A stretch of 64,000 nt of DNA from Eledone cirrhosa (taxonomy: Eukaryota): NCBI GenBank assembly GCA_964016885.1, contig OZ024744.1, positions 40,362,001 to 40,426,000 of the forward strand, in the 5' to 3' direction. Positions 27,801 to 42,350 of the stretch are shown here, one piece after another. The position numbers and the translations under genes were made by a program. Positions within the stretch are counted from its first letter, which is position 1. The number at the start of each line of letters is the position of its first letter. Below the pieces are notes generated by a model. It was given only the letters and a program-made list of their open reading frames with translations. It made no database searches and had not been told where the DNA came from.

Positions 27801-30800
27801 TTATTTACAAAGCCTAGCTTGAACCAAGTTAATGGTAGTTTCCATCAACCCAGCTTTATTTACAAAGCCTAGCTTGACTCAAGGTAATGGTAGTTTCCAT
27901 CAACCCAGCTTTAATTACAATGCCTAGCTTGAACCAAGGTAATGGTAGTTTCCATCAACGCAGCTTTATTTACAAAGCCTAGCTTGACCCAAGGTAATGG
28001 TAGTTTCCATCAACCCAGCTTTATTTACAAAGCCTAGCTTGACCCAAGGTAATGGTAGTTTCCATCAACCCAGCTTTATTTACAAAGCCTAGCTTGAACC
28101 AAGGTAATGGTAGTTTCCATCAACCCAGCTTTATTTGTAAAGCCCTGCTTGACTCAAGGTAATGGTAGTTTCCATCAACCCAGCTTTATTTACAAAGCCT
28201 AGCTTGAATCAAGGTAATGGTATTTTCCTTCAACCCAGCTTTATTTACAAAGTCTAGCTTGTCTCAAGGTAATGGTAGTTTCCATCAACCCAGCTTTATT
28301 TACAAAGCCTAGCTTTACTCAAGGTAACGGTAGTTTCCATCAGCCCAGCTTTATTTACAAAATCTAACTTGTCTCAAGGTAATGGTAGTTTCCATCAACC
28401 CAGTTTATTTACAATGCCTAGCTTGACCCAAGGTAATAGTAATTTCCATCAACCCAGCTTTATTTACAAAGCCTAGCTTGACCCAAGGTAATGGTAGTTT
28501 CCATCAACCCAGCTTTATTTACAAAGCCTAGCCTGACCCAAGGTAATGGTAGTTTCCATCAACCCAGCTTTATTTACAGAGCCTAGCTTGACTCAAGGTA
28601 ATGGTAGTTTCCATCAACCCAGCATTATTTACAAAGCCTAGCTTGACTCAAGGTAATCGTTGTTTCCATCAACCCAGCTTTATTTACAAAGCCTAGCTTG
28701 ACTCAAGGTAATGGTAGTTTCCATCAACCCAGCTTTATTTACAAAGCCTAGCTTGACCCAAGGTAATGGTAGTTTCCATCAACCCAGCTTTATTTACAAA
28801 GCCTAGCTTGACCCATGGTAATGGTAGTTTCCATGAAGCCAGCTTTATTTACAGAGCCTAGCTTGACTCAAGGTAATGGTAGTTTCCATCAACCCAGCAT
28901 TATTTACAAAGCCTAGCTTGACCCGAGGTAATGGTAGTTTCCATCAACCCAGCTTTATTTACAAACCTAGCTTGACCCAAGGTAATGGTAGTTTACATCA
29001 ACCCAGCTTTATTTACAAAGCCTAGCTTGACCCGAGGTAATGGTAGTTTCCATCAACCCAGCTTTATTTACAAACCTAGCTTGACCCAAGGTAATGGTAG
29101 TTTCCATCAACCCAGCTTTATTTACAAAGCCTAGCTTGATTCAAGGTATTGGTAGTTTTCATCAACCCAGCTTTATTTACAAAGCCTTGCTTGACCCAAT
29201 GTAATGGTAGTTTCCATCAACCCAGGTTTATTTACAGAGCCTAGCATGACCCAAGGTAATGGTAGTTTCCATCAACCCAGCTTTATTTACAAAGCCTAGC
29301 CTGACTCAAGGTAATGGTAGTTTACATCAACCCAGCTTTATTTACAAAGCCTAGCTTGACCCGAGCTAATGGTAGTTTCCATCAACCCAGCTTTATTTAC
29401 AAAGCCTAGCTTGACCCAAGGTAATGGTAGTTTCCATCAACCCAGCTTTATTTACAAAGCCTAGCTTGACACAAGGTAATGGTAGTTTCCATCAACCCAG
29501 CTTTATTTACAAAGCCTATCTTGACTCAAGGTAATGGTAGTTTCCATCAACCCAGCTTTATTTACAAAGCCTAGCTTGACTCAAGGTAATGGTAGTTTCC
29601 ATCAACCCAGCTTTATTTACAAAGCCTAGCTTGACCCAAGGTAATGGTAGTTTCCATCAACCCAGCTTTATTTACAAAGCCTAGCTTGACCCAAGGTAAT
29701 GGTAGTTTCCATCAACCCAGGTTTATTTACAAAGCCTAGCTTGTCTTAAAGTAATGGTAGTTTCCATCAACCCAGCTTTATTTACAAAGCCTAGCTTGAC
29801 TCAAGGTAATGGTAGTTTCTATCACCCCAGCTTTATTTACAAAGCCTAGCTTGACTCAAGGTAATGGTAGTTTCTATCACCCCAGCTTTATTTACAATGC
29901 CTAGCATGACCCAAGGTAATGGTAATTTCCATCAACCCAGCTTTATTTACAAAGCCTAGCTTGACCCACGGTAATGGTAGTTTCCATCAACCCAGCTTTA
30001 TTTACAAAGCCTAGCTTGACTCAAGGTAATGGTAGTTTCTATCACCCCAGCTTTATTTACAATGCCTAGCATGACCCAAGGTAATGGTAATTTCCATCAA
30101 CCCAGCTTTATTTACAAAGCCTAGCTTGACCCAAGGTAATGGTAGTTTCCATCAACCCAGCTTTATTTACAAAGCCTAGCTTGAACCAAGTTAATGGTAG
30201 TTTCCATCAACCCAGCTTTATTTACAAAGCCTAGCTTGACTCAAGGTAATGGTAGTTTCCATCAACCCAGCTTTACTTACAAAGCCTAGCTTGACCCGAT
30301 GTAATGGTAGTTTCCATCAACCCAGCTTTATTTACAAAGCCTAGCTTGACCCGAGGTAATGGTAGTTTCCATCAACCCAGGTTTATTTACAAAGCCTAGC
30401 ATGACCCAAGGTAATGGTAGTTTCCATCAACCCAGCTTTATTTACAAAGCCTAGCTTGACCCAAGGTAATGGTAATTTCCATCAACCCAGCTTTATTTAC
30501 AAAGCCTAGCTTGACCCAAGGTAATGGTAGTTTCCATCAACCCAGCTTTATTTACAAAGAAAAGCTTGACCCAAGGTAATGGTAGTTTCCATCAACGCAG
30601 CTTTATTTACAAAGCCTAGCTTGACCCAAGGTAATGGTAGTTTCCATCAACCCAGCTTTATTTACAAAGCCTAGCTTGATCCAAGGTAATGGTAGTTTCC
30701 ATCAACCCAGCTTTATTTACAAAGCCTAGCTTGACCCAAGGTAATGGTAGTTTCCATCAACCCAGCTTTATTTACAAAGCCTAGCTTGACCCAAGGTAAT

Positions 30801-30953
30801 GGTAGTTTCCATCAACCCAGCTTTATTTACAAAGCCTAGCTTGACCCAAGGTAATGGTAGTTTCCATCAACCCAGCTTTATTTACAAAGCCTAGCTTGAC
30901 CCAAGGTAATGGTAGTTTCCATCAACCCAGCTTTATTTACAAAGCCTAGCTTG
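18891..30953. repeat. Tandem duplication of a 112-monomer (6155-bp) higher-order unit, near-identical copies
   Basis: GGAAGTTTCC 19206/25361, AAAGAAAAGC 19511/25666, TTATTTATAA 21151/27306 and TTGATCCAAG 24521/30676; offset 6155 = 112x55 - 5, matching five 54-bp monomers in the unit. Confidence 0.93.
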
Positions 30954-32430
30954 AACCAAGGTAATGGTAGTTTCCATCAACCCAGCTTTATTTGTAAAGC
31001 CCTGCTTGACTCAAGGTAATGGTAGTTTCCATCAACCCAGCTTTATTTGTAAAGCCCTGCTTGACTCAAGGTAACGGTAGTTTCCATCAGCCCAGCTTTA
31101 TTTACAAAATCTAGCTTGTCTCAAGGTAATGGTAGTTTCCATCAACCCAGTTTATTTACAATGCCTAGCTTGACCCAAGGTAATAGTAATTTCCATCAAC
31201 CCAGCTTTATTTACAAAGCCTAGCTTGACCCAAGGTAATGGTAGTTTCCATCAACCCAGCTTTATTTACAAAGCCTAGCTTGACCCAAGGTAATGGTGGT
31301 TTCCATCAACCCAGCTTTATTTACAGAGCCTAGCTTGACTCAAGGTAATGGTAGTTTCCATCAACCCAGCATTATTTACAAAGCCTAGCTTGACTCAAGG
31401 TAATCGTTGTTTCCATCAACCCAGCTTTATTTACAAAGCCTAGCTTGACTCAAGGTAATGGTAGTTTCCATCAACCCAGCTTTATTTACAAAGCCTAGCT
31501 TGACCCAAGGTAATGGTAGTTTCCATCAACCCAGCTTTATTTACAAAGCCTAGCTTGACCCATGGTAATAGTAGTTTCCATGAACCCAGCTTTATTTACA
31601 GAGCCTAGCTTGACTCAAGGTAATGGTAGTTTCCATCAACCCAGCATTATTTACAAAGCCTAGCTTGACCCGAGGTAATGGTAGTTTCCATCAACCCAGC
31701 TTTATTTACAAACCTAGCTTGACCCAAGGTAATGGTAGTTTCCATCAACCCAGCTTTATTTACAAACCCTAGCTTGACTCAAAGTAATGGTAGTTTCCAT
31801 CAACCCAGCATTATGTACAAAGCCTAGCTTGACTCAAGGTAATCGTAGTTTCCATCAACCCAGCTTTATTTACAAAGCCTAGCTTGACCCATGGTAATAG
31901 TAGTTTCCATGAACCCAGCTTTATTTACAGAGCCTAGCTTGACTCAAGGTAATGGTAGTTTCCATCAACCCAGCATTATTTACAAAGCCTAGCTTGACCC
32001 GAGGTAATGGTAGTTTCCATCAACCCAGCTTTATTTACAAACCTAGCTTGACCCAAGGTAATGGTAGTTTCCATCAACCCAGCTTTATTTACAAAGCCTA
32101 GCTTGAACCAAGGTAATGGTAGTTTCCATCAACCCAGCATTATTTACAAACCCTAGCTTGACTCAAGGTAATGGTAGTTTCCATCAACCCAGCTTTATTT
32201 ACAATGCCTAGCTTGACCCAAGGTAATGGTAGTTTCCATCAATCCAGCTTTATTTACAAAGCCTAGCTTGACCCAAGGTAATGGTAGTTTCCATCAACCC
32301 AGCTTTATTTACAAAGCCTAGCTTGACCCAAGGTAATGGTAGTTTCCATCAACCCAGCATTATTTACAAAGCCTAGTTTGACCCAAGGTAATGGTAGTTT
32401 CCATCAACCCAGCATTATGTACAAAGCCTA

Positions 32431-34740
32431 GCTTGACTCAAGGTAATCGTAGTTTCCATCAACCTAGCTTTATTTACAAAGCCTAGCTTGAACCAAGGTA
32501 ATGGTAGATTCCATCAACCCAGCTTTATTTACAAAGCCTAGCTTGACCCAAGGTAATGGTAGTTTCCATCAACCCAGCTTTATTTACAAAGCCTAGCTTG
32601 AACCAAGGTAATGGTAGTTTCCATCAACCCAGCTTTATTTACAATGCCTAGCTTGACCCAAGGTAATGGTAGTTTCCATCAACCCAGCTTTATTTACAAA
32701 GCCTAGCTTGACGCAAGGTAATGGTAGTTTCCATCAACCCAGCTTTATTTACAAAGCCTAGCTTGACCCAAGGTAATGGTAGTTTCCATCAACCCAGGTT
32801 TATTTACAAAGCCTAGCTTGACCCAAGGTAATGGTAGTTTCCATCAACCCAGCTTTATTTACAGAGCCTAGCTTGACTCAAGGTAATGGTAGTTTCCATC
32901 AACCCAGCATTATTTACAAAGCCTAGCTTGACTCAAGGTAATGGTAGTTTCTATCACCCCAGCTTTATTTACAAAGCCTAGCTTGTCTCAAGGTAATGGT
33001 AGTTTCCATCAACCCAGTTTATTTACAATGCCTAGCTTGACCCAAGGTAATAGTAATTTCCATCAACCCAGCTTTATTTACAAAGCCTAGCTTGACCCAA
33101 GGTAATGGTAGTTTCCATCAACCCAGCTTTATTTACAAAGCCTAGCTTGACCCAAGGTAATGGTAGTTTCCATCAACCCAGCTTTATTTACAGAGCCTAG
33201 CTTGACTCAAGGTAATGGTAGTTTCCATCAACCCAGCATTATTTACAAAGCCTAGCTTGACTCAAGGTAATCGTTGTTTCCATCAACCCAGCTTTATTTA
33301 CAAAGCCCAGCTTGCCTCAAGGTAATGGTAGTTTCCATCAACCCAGCTTTATTTACAAAGCCTAGCTTGACCCACGGTAATGGTAGTTTCCATCAACCCA
33401 GCTTTATTTACAAAGCCTAGCTTGACTCAAGGTAATGGTAGTTTCCATCAACCCAGCATTATTTACAAAGCCTAGCTTGACCCGAGGTAATGGTAGTTTC
33501 CATCAACCCAGCTTTATTTTCAAACCTAGCTCGACCCAAGGTAATGGTAGTTTACATCAACCCAGCTTTATTTACAAAGCCTAGCTTGACCCGAGGTAAT
33601 GGTAGTTTCCATCAACCCAGCTTTATTTAGAAACCTAGCTTGACCCAAGGTAATGGTAGTTTCCATCAACCCAGCTTTATTTACAAAGCCTAGCTTGATT
33701 CAAGGTAATGGTAGTTTCCATCAACCCAGCTTTATTTACAAAGCCTTGCTTGACCCAAGGTAATGGTAGTTTCCATCAACCCAGGTTTATTTACAGAGCC
33801 TAGCATGACCCAAGGTAATGGTAGTTTCCATCAACCCAGCTTTATTTACAAAGCCTAGCCTGACTCAAGGTAATGGTAGTTTACATCAACCCAGCTTTAT
33901 TTACAAAGCCTAGCTTGACCCGAGCTAATGGTAGTTTCCATCAACCCAGCTTTATTTACAAAGCCTAGCTTGACCCAAGGTAATGGTAGTTTCCATCAAC
34001 CCAGCTTTATTTACAAAGCCTAACTTGACACAAGGTAATGGTAGTTTCCATCAACCCAGCTTTATTTACAAAGCCTATCTTGACTCAAGGTAATGGTAGT
34101 TTCCATCAACCCAGCTTTATTTACAAAGCCTAGCATGACTCACGGTAATGGTAGTTTCCATCAGCCCAGCTTTATTTACAAAGTCTAGCTTGTCTCAAGG
34201 TAATGGTAGTTTCCATCAACCCAGCTTTATTTACAAAGCCTAGCTTGACTCAAGGTAATGGTAGTTTCCATCAGCCCAGCTTTATTTACAAAGTCTAGCT
34301 TGTCTCAAGGTAATGGTAGTTTACATCAACCCAGCTTTATTTACAATGCCTAGCTTGACCCAAGGTAATAGTAATTTCCATCAACCAAGTTTTATTTACA
34401 AAGCCTAGCCTGACTCAAGGTAAGGGTAGGTTCCATCAACCCAGCTTTATTTACAAAGCCTAGCTTGACTCAAGGTAATGGTAGTTTCCATCATCCCACC
34501 TTTATTTACAATGCCTAGCTTGAATCAAGGTAATGGTAGTTTCCATCAACCCAGCTTTATTTACAAAGCCTAGCTTCACCGAAGGTAATGGTAGTTTCCA
34601 TCAACCCAGCATTATTTACAAAGCCTAGCTTGACTCAAGGTAATGGTAGTTTCCATCAACCCAGCATTATTTACAAAGCCTAGCTTGACTCAAGGTAATC
34701 GTAGTTTCCATCAACCTAGCTTTATTTACAAAGCCTAGCT
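32431..34740. repeat. Dispersed block duplication, copy B (partner at 1-2420), two monomers shorter
   Basis: Same ordered private variants as 1-2420; offset changes from 32430 to 32320 around 33365-33420. Confidence 0.9.
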
Positions 34741-37700
34741 TGAATCAAGGTAATGGTAGTTTCCATCAGCCTAGCTTTATTTACAAAGTCTAGCTTGACT
34801 CAAGGTAATGGTAGTTTCCATCAACCCAGCTTTATTTACAAAGCCTAGCTTGAACCAAGGTAATGGTAGTTTCCATCAACCCAGCTTTATTTACAAAGCC
34901 TAGCTTGACCCAAGGTAATGGTAGTTTCCATCAACCCAGCTTTATTTACAAAGCCTAGCTTGACCCAAGATAATGGTAGTTTCCATCAACCCAGCTTTAT
35001 TTACAAAGCCTAGCTTGAACCAAGGTAATGGTAGTTTCCATCAACCCAGCTTTATTTACAAAGCCTAGCTTGACCCAAGGTAATGGTAGTTTCCATCAAC
35101 CCAGCTTTATTTACAAAGCCTAGCTTGACCCAAGGTAATGGTAGTTTCCATCAACCCAGCTTTATTTACAAAGCCTAGCTTGACCCAAGGTAATGGTAGT
35201 TTCCATCAACCCAGGTTTATTTACAAAGCCTAGCTTGTCTCAAAGTAATGGTAGTTTCCATCAACCCAGCATTATTTACAAAGCCTAGCTTGACTCAAGG
35301 TAATGGTAGTTTCTATCACCCCAGCTTTATTTACAAAGCCTAGCTTGACTCAAGGTAATGGTAGTTTCTATCACCCCAGCTTTATTTACAAAGCCTAGCT
35401 TGACTCAAGGTAATGGTAGTTTCCATCAACCCAGCTTTATTTACAAAGCCTAGCTTGACCCAAGGTAATGGTAGTTTCCATCAACCCAGGTTTATTTACA
35501 AAGCCTAGCTTGTCTCAAAGTAATGGTAGTTTCCATCAACCCAGCATTATTTACAAAGCCTAGCTTGACTCAAGGTAATGGTAGTTTCTATCACCCCAGC
35601 TTTATTTACAAAGCCTAGCTTGACTCAAGGTAATGGTAGTTTCTATCACCCCAGCTTTATTTACAAAGCCTAGCTTGACTCAAGGTAATGGTAGTTTCCA
35701 TCAACCCAGCTTTACTTACAAAGCCAAGCTTGACCCGATGTAATGGTAGTTTCCATCAACCCAGCTTTATTTACAAAGCCTAGCTTGACCCGAGGTAATG
35801 GTAGTTTCCATCAACCCAGGTTTATTTACAAAGCCTAGCATGACCCAAGGTAATGGTAGTTTCCATCAACCCAGCTTTATTTACAAAGCCTAGCTTGACT
35901 CAAGGTAATGGTAGTTTCTATCACCCCAGCTTTATTTACAATACCTAGCATGACCCAAGGTAATGGTAATTTCCATCAACCCAGCTTTATTTACAAAGCC
36001 TAGCTTGACCCAAGGTAATGGTAGTTTCCATCAACCCAGCTTTATTTACAAAGCCTAGCTTGACTCAAGTTAATGGTAGTTTCCATCAACCCAGCTTTAT
36101 TTACAAAGACTAGCTTGACTCAAGGTAATGGTAGTTTCAATCAACCCAGCTTTATTTACAAAGCCTTGCTTGACCCAAGGTAATGGTAGTTTCCATCAAC
36201 CCAGCTTTATTTACAAAGCCTAGCTTGACACAAGGTAATGGTAGTTTCCATCAACCCAGCTTTATTTACAAAGCCTATCTTGACTCAAGGTAATGGTAGT
36301 TTCCATCAACCCAGCTTTATTTACAAAGCCTATCTTGACTCAAGGTAATGGTAGTTTCCATCAACCCAGCTATATTTACAAAGCCTAGCTTGACTCACGG
36401 TAATGGTAGTTTCCATCAGCCCAGCTTTATTTACAAAGTCTAGCTTGTCTCAAGGTAATGGTAGTTTCCATCAACCCAGCTTTATTTACAAAGCCTAGTT
36501 TGACTCAAGGTAATGGTAGTTTCCATCAGCCCAGCTTTATTTACAAAGTCTAGCTTGTCTCAAGGTAATGGTAGTTTCCATCAACCCAGCTTTATTTACA
36601 ATGCCTAGCTTGACCCAAGGTAATAGTAATTTCCATCAACCAAGTTTTATTTACAAAGCCTAGCTTGACTCAAGGTAAGGGTAGGTTCCATCAACCCAGC
36701 TTTATTTACAAAGCCTAGCTTGACTCAAGGTAATGGTAGTTTCCATCAACCCAGCTTTATTTACAATGCCTAGCTTGAATCAAGGTAATGGTAGTTTCCA
36801 TCAACCCAGCTTTATTTACAAAGCCTAGCTTCACCGAAGGTAATGGTAGTTTCCATCAACCCAGCATTATTTACAAACCCTAGCTTGACTCAAGGTAATG
36901 GTAGTTTCCATCAACCCAGCATTATTTACAAAGCCTAGCTTGACTCAAGGTAATCGTAGTTTCCATCAACCTAGCTTTATTTACAAAGCCTAGCTTGACT
37001 CAAGGTATTGGTAGTTTCCATCAACCTAGCTTTATTTACAAAGCCTAGCTTGACTCAAGGTAATGGTAGTTTCCATCAACCTAGCTTTATTTACAAAGCC
37101 TAGCTTGACTCAAGGTAATGGTAGTTTCCATCAACCTAGCTTTATTTACAAAGCCTAGCTTGACTCAAGGTAATGGTAGTTTCCATCAACCTAGCTTTAT
37201 TTACAAAGCCTAGCTTGACCCAAGGTAATGGTAGTTTCCATCAACCTAGCTTTATTTACAAAGCCTAGCTTGACTCAAGGTAATGGTAGTTTCCATCAAC
37301 CTAGCTTTATTTACAAAGCCTAGCTTGACTCAAGGTAATCGTAGTTTCCATCAACCCAGCATTATTTACAAAGCCTAGCTTGACTCAAGGTAATGGTAGT
37401 TTCCATCAACCTAGCTTTATTTACAAAGCCTAGCTTGACCCAAGGTAATGGTAGTTTCCATCAACCTAGCTTTATTTACAAAGCCTAGCTTGACCCAAGG
37501 TAATGGTAGTTTCCATCAACCCAGCTTTATTTACAAAGCCTAGCTTGACCCAAGGTAATGGTAGTTTCCATCAACCCAGCTTTATTTACAAAGCCTAGCT
37601 TGACCCAAGGTAATGGTAGTTTCCATCAACCCAGCTTTATTTACAAAGCCTAGCTTGACCCAAGGTAATGGTAGTTTCCATCAACCCAGCTTTATTTACA

Positions 37701-38265
37701 AAGCCTAGCTTGACCCAAGGTAATGGTAGTTTCCATCAACCCAGCTTTATTTACAAAGCCTAGCTTGACCCAAGGTAATGGTAGTTTCCATCAACCCAGC
37801 TTTATTTACAAAGCCTAGCTTGAACCAAGGTAATGGTAGTTTCCATCAACCCAGCTTTATTTACAAAGCCTAGCTTGACCCAAGGTAATGGTAGTTTCCA
37901 TCAACCCAGCTTTATTTACAAAGCCTAGATTGACCCAAGGTAATGGTAGTTTCCATCAACCCAGGTTTATTTACAAAGCCTAGCTTGTCTCAAAGTAATG
38001 GTAGTTTCCATCAACCCAGCTTTATTTACAAAGCCTAGCTTGACTCAAGGTAATGGTAGTTTCCATCAACCCAGCTTTATTTACAAAGCCTAGCTTGACT
38101 CAAGGTAATGGTAGTTTCCATCAACCCAGCTTTATTTACAAAGCCTAGCTTGACCCAAGGTAATGGTAGTTTCCATCAACCAAGCTTTATTTACAAAGCC
38201 TACCTTGACTCACGGTAATGGTAGTTTCCATCAACCCAGCTTTATTTACAAAGCCTAGCTTGACA

Positions 38266-40286
38266 CAAGGTAATGGTAGTTTCTATCACCCCAGCTTTAT
38301 TTACAAAGCCTAGCTTGACTCAAGGTAATGGTAGTTTCTATCACCCCAGCTTTATTTACAAAGCCTAGCTTGACCCAAGGTAATGGTAGTTTCCATCAAC
38401 CCAGCTTTATTTACAAAGCCTAGCTTGACCCAAGGTAATGGTAGTTTCCATCAACCCAGCTTTATTTACAAAGCCTAGCATGAACCAAGGTAATGGTAGT
38501 TTCCATCAACCCAGCTTTATTTACAAAGCCTAGCTTGACTCAAGGTAATGGTAGTTTCCATCAACCCAGCTTTATTTACAAAGGCTAGCTTGACTCAAGG
38601 TAATGGTAGTTTCTATCACCCCAGCTTTATTTACAAAGCCTAGCTTGACTCAAGGTAATGGTAGTTTCTATCACCCCAGCTTTATTTACAATGCCTAGCA
38701 TGACCCAAGGTAATGGTAATTTCCATCAACCCAGCTTTATTTACAAAGCCTAGCTTGACCCAAGGTAATGGTAGTTTCCATCAACCCAGCTTTATTTACA
38801 AAGCCTAGCTTGACTCAAGGTAATGGTAGTTTCTATCACCCCAGCTTTATTTACAATGCCTAGCATGACCCAAGGTAATGGTAATTTCCATCAACCCAGC
38901 TTTATTTACAAAGCCTAGCTTGACCCAAGGTAATGGTAATTTCCATCAACCCAGCTTTATTTACAAAGCCTAGCTTGACCCAAGGTAATGGTAGTTTCCA
39001 TCAACCCAGCTTTATTTACAAAGCCTAGCTTGAACCAAGTTAATGGTAGTTTCCATCAACCCAGCTTTATTTACAAAGCCTAGCTTGACTCAAGGTAATG
39101 GTAGTTTCCATCAACCCAGCTTTACTTACAAAGCCTAGCTTGACCCGATGTAATGGTAGTTTCCATCAACCCAGCTTTATTTACAAAGCCTAGCTTGACC
39201 CGAGGTAATGGTAGTTTCCATCAACCCAGGTTTATTTACAAAGCCTAGCTTGACTCAAGGTAATGGTAGTTTCTATCACCCCAGCTTTATTTACAAAGCC
39301 TAGCTTGACTCAAGGTAATGGTAGTTTCTATCACCCCAGCTTTATTTACAAAGCCTAGCTTGACCCAAGGTAATGGTAGTTTCCATCAACCCAGCTTTAT
39401 TTACAAAGCCTAGCTTGACCCAAGGTAATGGTAGTTTCCATCAACCCAGCTTTATTTACAAAGCCTAGCATGAACCAAGGTAATGGTAGTTTCCATCAAC
39501 CCAGCTTTATTTACAAAGCCTAGCTTGACTCAAGGTAATGGTAGTTTCCATCAACCCAGCTTTATTTACAAAGGCTAGCTTGACTCAAGGTAATGGTAGT
39601 TTCTATCACCCCAGCTTTATTTACAAAGCCTAGCTTGACTCAAGGTAATGGTAGTTTCTATCACCCCAGCTTTATTTACAATGCCTAGCATGACCCAAGG
39701 TAATGGTAATTTCCATCAACCCAGCTTTATTTACAAAGCCTAGCTTGACCCAAGGTAATGGTAGTTTCCATCAACCCAGCTTTATTTACAAAGCCTAGCT
39801 TGACTCAAGGTAATGGTAGTTTCTATCACCCCAGCTTTATTTACAATGCCTAGCATGACCCAAGGTAATGGTAATTTCCATCAACCCAGCTTTATTTACA
39901 AAGCCTAGCTTGACCCAAGGTAATGGTAATTTCCATCAACCCAGCTTTATTTACAAAGCCTAGCTTGACCCAAGGTAATGGTAGTTTCCATCAACCCAGC
40001 TTTATTTACAAAGCCTAGCTTGAACCAAGTTAATGGTAGTTTCCATCAACCCAGCTTTATTTACAAAGCCTAGCTTGACTCAAGGTAATGGTAGTTTCCA
40101 TCAACCCAGCTTTACTTACAAAGCCTAGCTTGACCCGATGTAATGGTAGTTTCCATCAACCCAGCTTTATTTACAAAGCCTAGCTTGACCCGAGGTAATG
40201 GTAGTTTCCATCAACCCAGGTTTATTTACAAAGCCTAGCTTGACTCAAGGTAATGGTAGTTTCTATCACCCCAGCTTTATTTACAA
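38266..40286. repeat. Tandem duplication of an 18-monomer (990-bp) unit
   Basis: AAGGCTAGCT at 38581/39571; GCATGAACC and TTTACTTAC-GACCCGATG variants also recur at offset 990. Confidence 0.9.
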
Positions 40287-42350
40287 TGCCTAGCATGACC
40301 CAAGGTAATGGTAATTTCCATCAACCCAGCTTTATTTACAAAGCCTAGCTTGACCCAAGGTAATGGTAGTTTCCATCAACCCAGCTTTATTTACAAAGAA
40401 AAGCTTGACTCAAGGTAATGGTAGTTTCCATCAACGCAGCTTTATTTACAAAGCCTAGCTTGACCCAAGGTAATGGTAGTTTCCATCAACCCAGCTTTAT
40501 TTACAAAGCCTAGCTTGACCCAAGGTAATGGTAGTTTCCATCAACCCAGCTTTATTTACAAAGCCTAGCTTGAACCAAGGAAATGGTAGTTTCCATCAAC
40601 CCAGCTTTATTTACAAAGCCTAGCTTGACTCAAGGTAATGGTAGTTTCCATCAACCCAGCTTTATTTACAAAGCCTAGCTTGACCCAAGGTAATGGTAGT
40701 TTCCATCAACGCAGCTTTATTTACAAAGCCTAGCTTGACTCAAGGTAATGGTAGTTTCCATCAACCCAGCTTTATTTACAAAGCCTAGCTTGACTCAAGT
40801 TAATGGTAGTTTCCATCAACCCAGCTTTATTTACAAAGACTAGCTTGACTCAAGGTAATGGTAGTTTCAATCAACCCAGCTTTATTTACAAAGCCTAGCT
40901 TGACTCAAGTTAATGGTAGTTTCCATCAACCCAGCTTTATTTACAAAGACTAGCTTGACTCAAGGTAATGGTAGTTTCAATCAACCCAGCTTTATTTACA
41001 AAGCCTTGCTTGACCCAAGGTAATGGTAGTTTCCATCAACCCAGCTTTATTTACAAAGCCTAGCTTGACCCAAGGTAATGGTAGTTTCCATCAACCCAGG
41101 TTTATTTACAAAGCCTAGCATGACCCAAGGTAATGGTAGTTTCCATCAACCCAGCTTTATTTACAAAGCCTAGCCTGACTCAAGGTAATGGTAGTTTACA
41201 TCAACCCAGCTTTATTTACAAAGCCTAGCTTGACCCGAGCTAATGGTAGTTTCCATCAACCCAGCTTTATTTACAAAGCCTAGCTTGACACAAGGTAATG
41301 GTAGTTTCCATCAACCCAGCTTTATTTACAAAGCCTATCTTGACTCAAGGTAATGGTAGTTTCCATCAACCCAGCTTTATTTACAAAGCCTAGCTTGACT
41401 CACGGTAATGGTAGTTTCCATCAGCCCAGCTTTATTTACAAAGTCTAGCTTGTCTCAAGGTAATGGTAGTTTCCATCAACCCAGCTTTATTTACAAAGCC
41501 TAGCTTGACTCAAGGTAATGGTAGTTTCCATCAGCCCAGCTTTATTTACAAAGTCTAGCTTGTCTCAAGTTAATGGTAGTTTCCATCAACCCAGCTTTAT
41601 TTACAATGCCTAGCTTGACTCAAGGTAATGGTAGTTTCCATCAACCCAGCTTTATTTACAATGCCTAGCTCGAATCAAGGTAATGGTAGTTTCCATCAAC
41701 CCAGCTTTATTTACAAAGCCTAGCTTCACAGAAGGTAATGGTAGTTTCCATCAACCCAGCATTATTTACAAAGCCTAGCTTGACTCAAGGTAATGGTAGT
41801 TTCCATCAACCCAGCATTATTTACAAAGCCTAGCTTGACTCAAGGTAATCGTAGTTTCCATCAACCTAGCTTTATTTACAAAGCCTAGCTTGAATCAAGG
41901 TAATGGTAGTTTCCATCAACCCAGCTTTATTTACAAAGCCTAGCTTGAACCAAGGTAATGGTAGTTTCCATCAACCAAGCATTATTTACAAAGCCTAGCT
42001 TGACTCAAGGTAATCGTAGTTTCCATCAACCCAGCTTTATTTACAAAGCCTAGCTTGACCCAAGGTAATGGTAGTTTCCATCAACCCAGCTTTATTTACA
42101 AAGCCTAGCTTGACCCAAGGTAATGGTAGTTTCCATCACCCCAGCTTTATTTACAATGCCTAGCATGACCCAAGGTAATGGTAATTTCCATCAACCCAGC
42201 TTTATTTACAAAGCCTAGCTTGACCCACGGTAATGGTAGTTTCCATCAACCCAGCTTTATTTACAAAGCCTAGCTTGACTCAAGGTAATGGTAGTTTCTA
42301 TCACCCCAGCTTTATTTACAATGCCTAGCATGACCCAAGGTAATGGTAAT

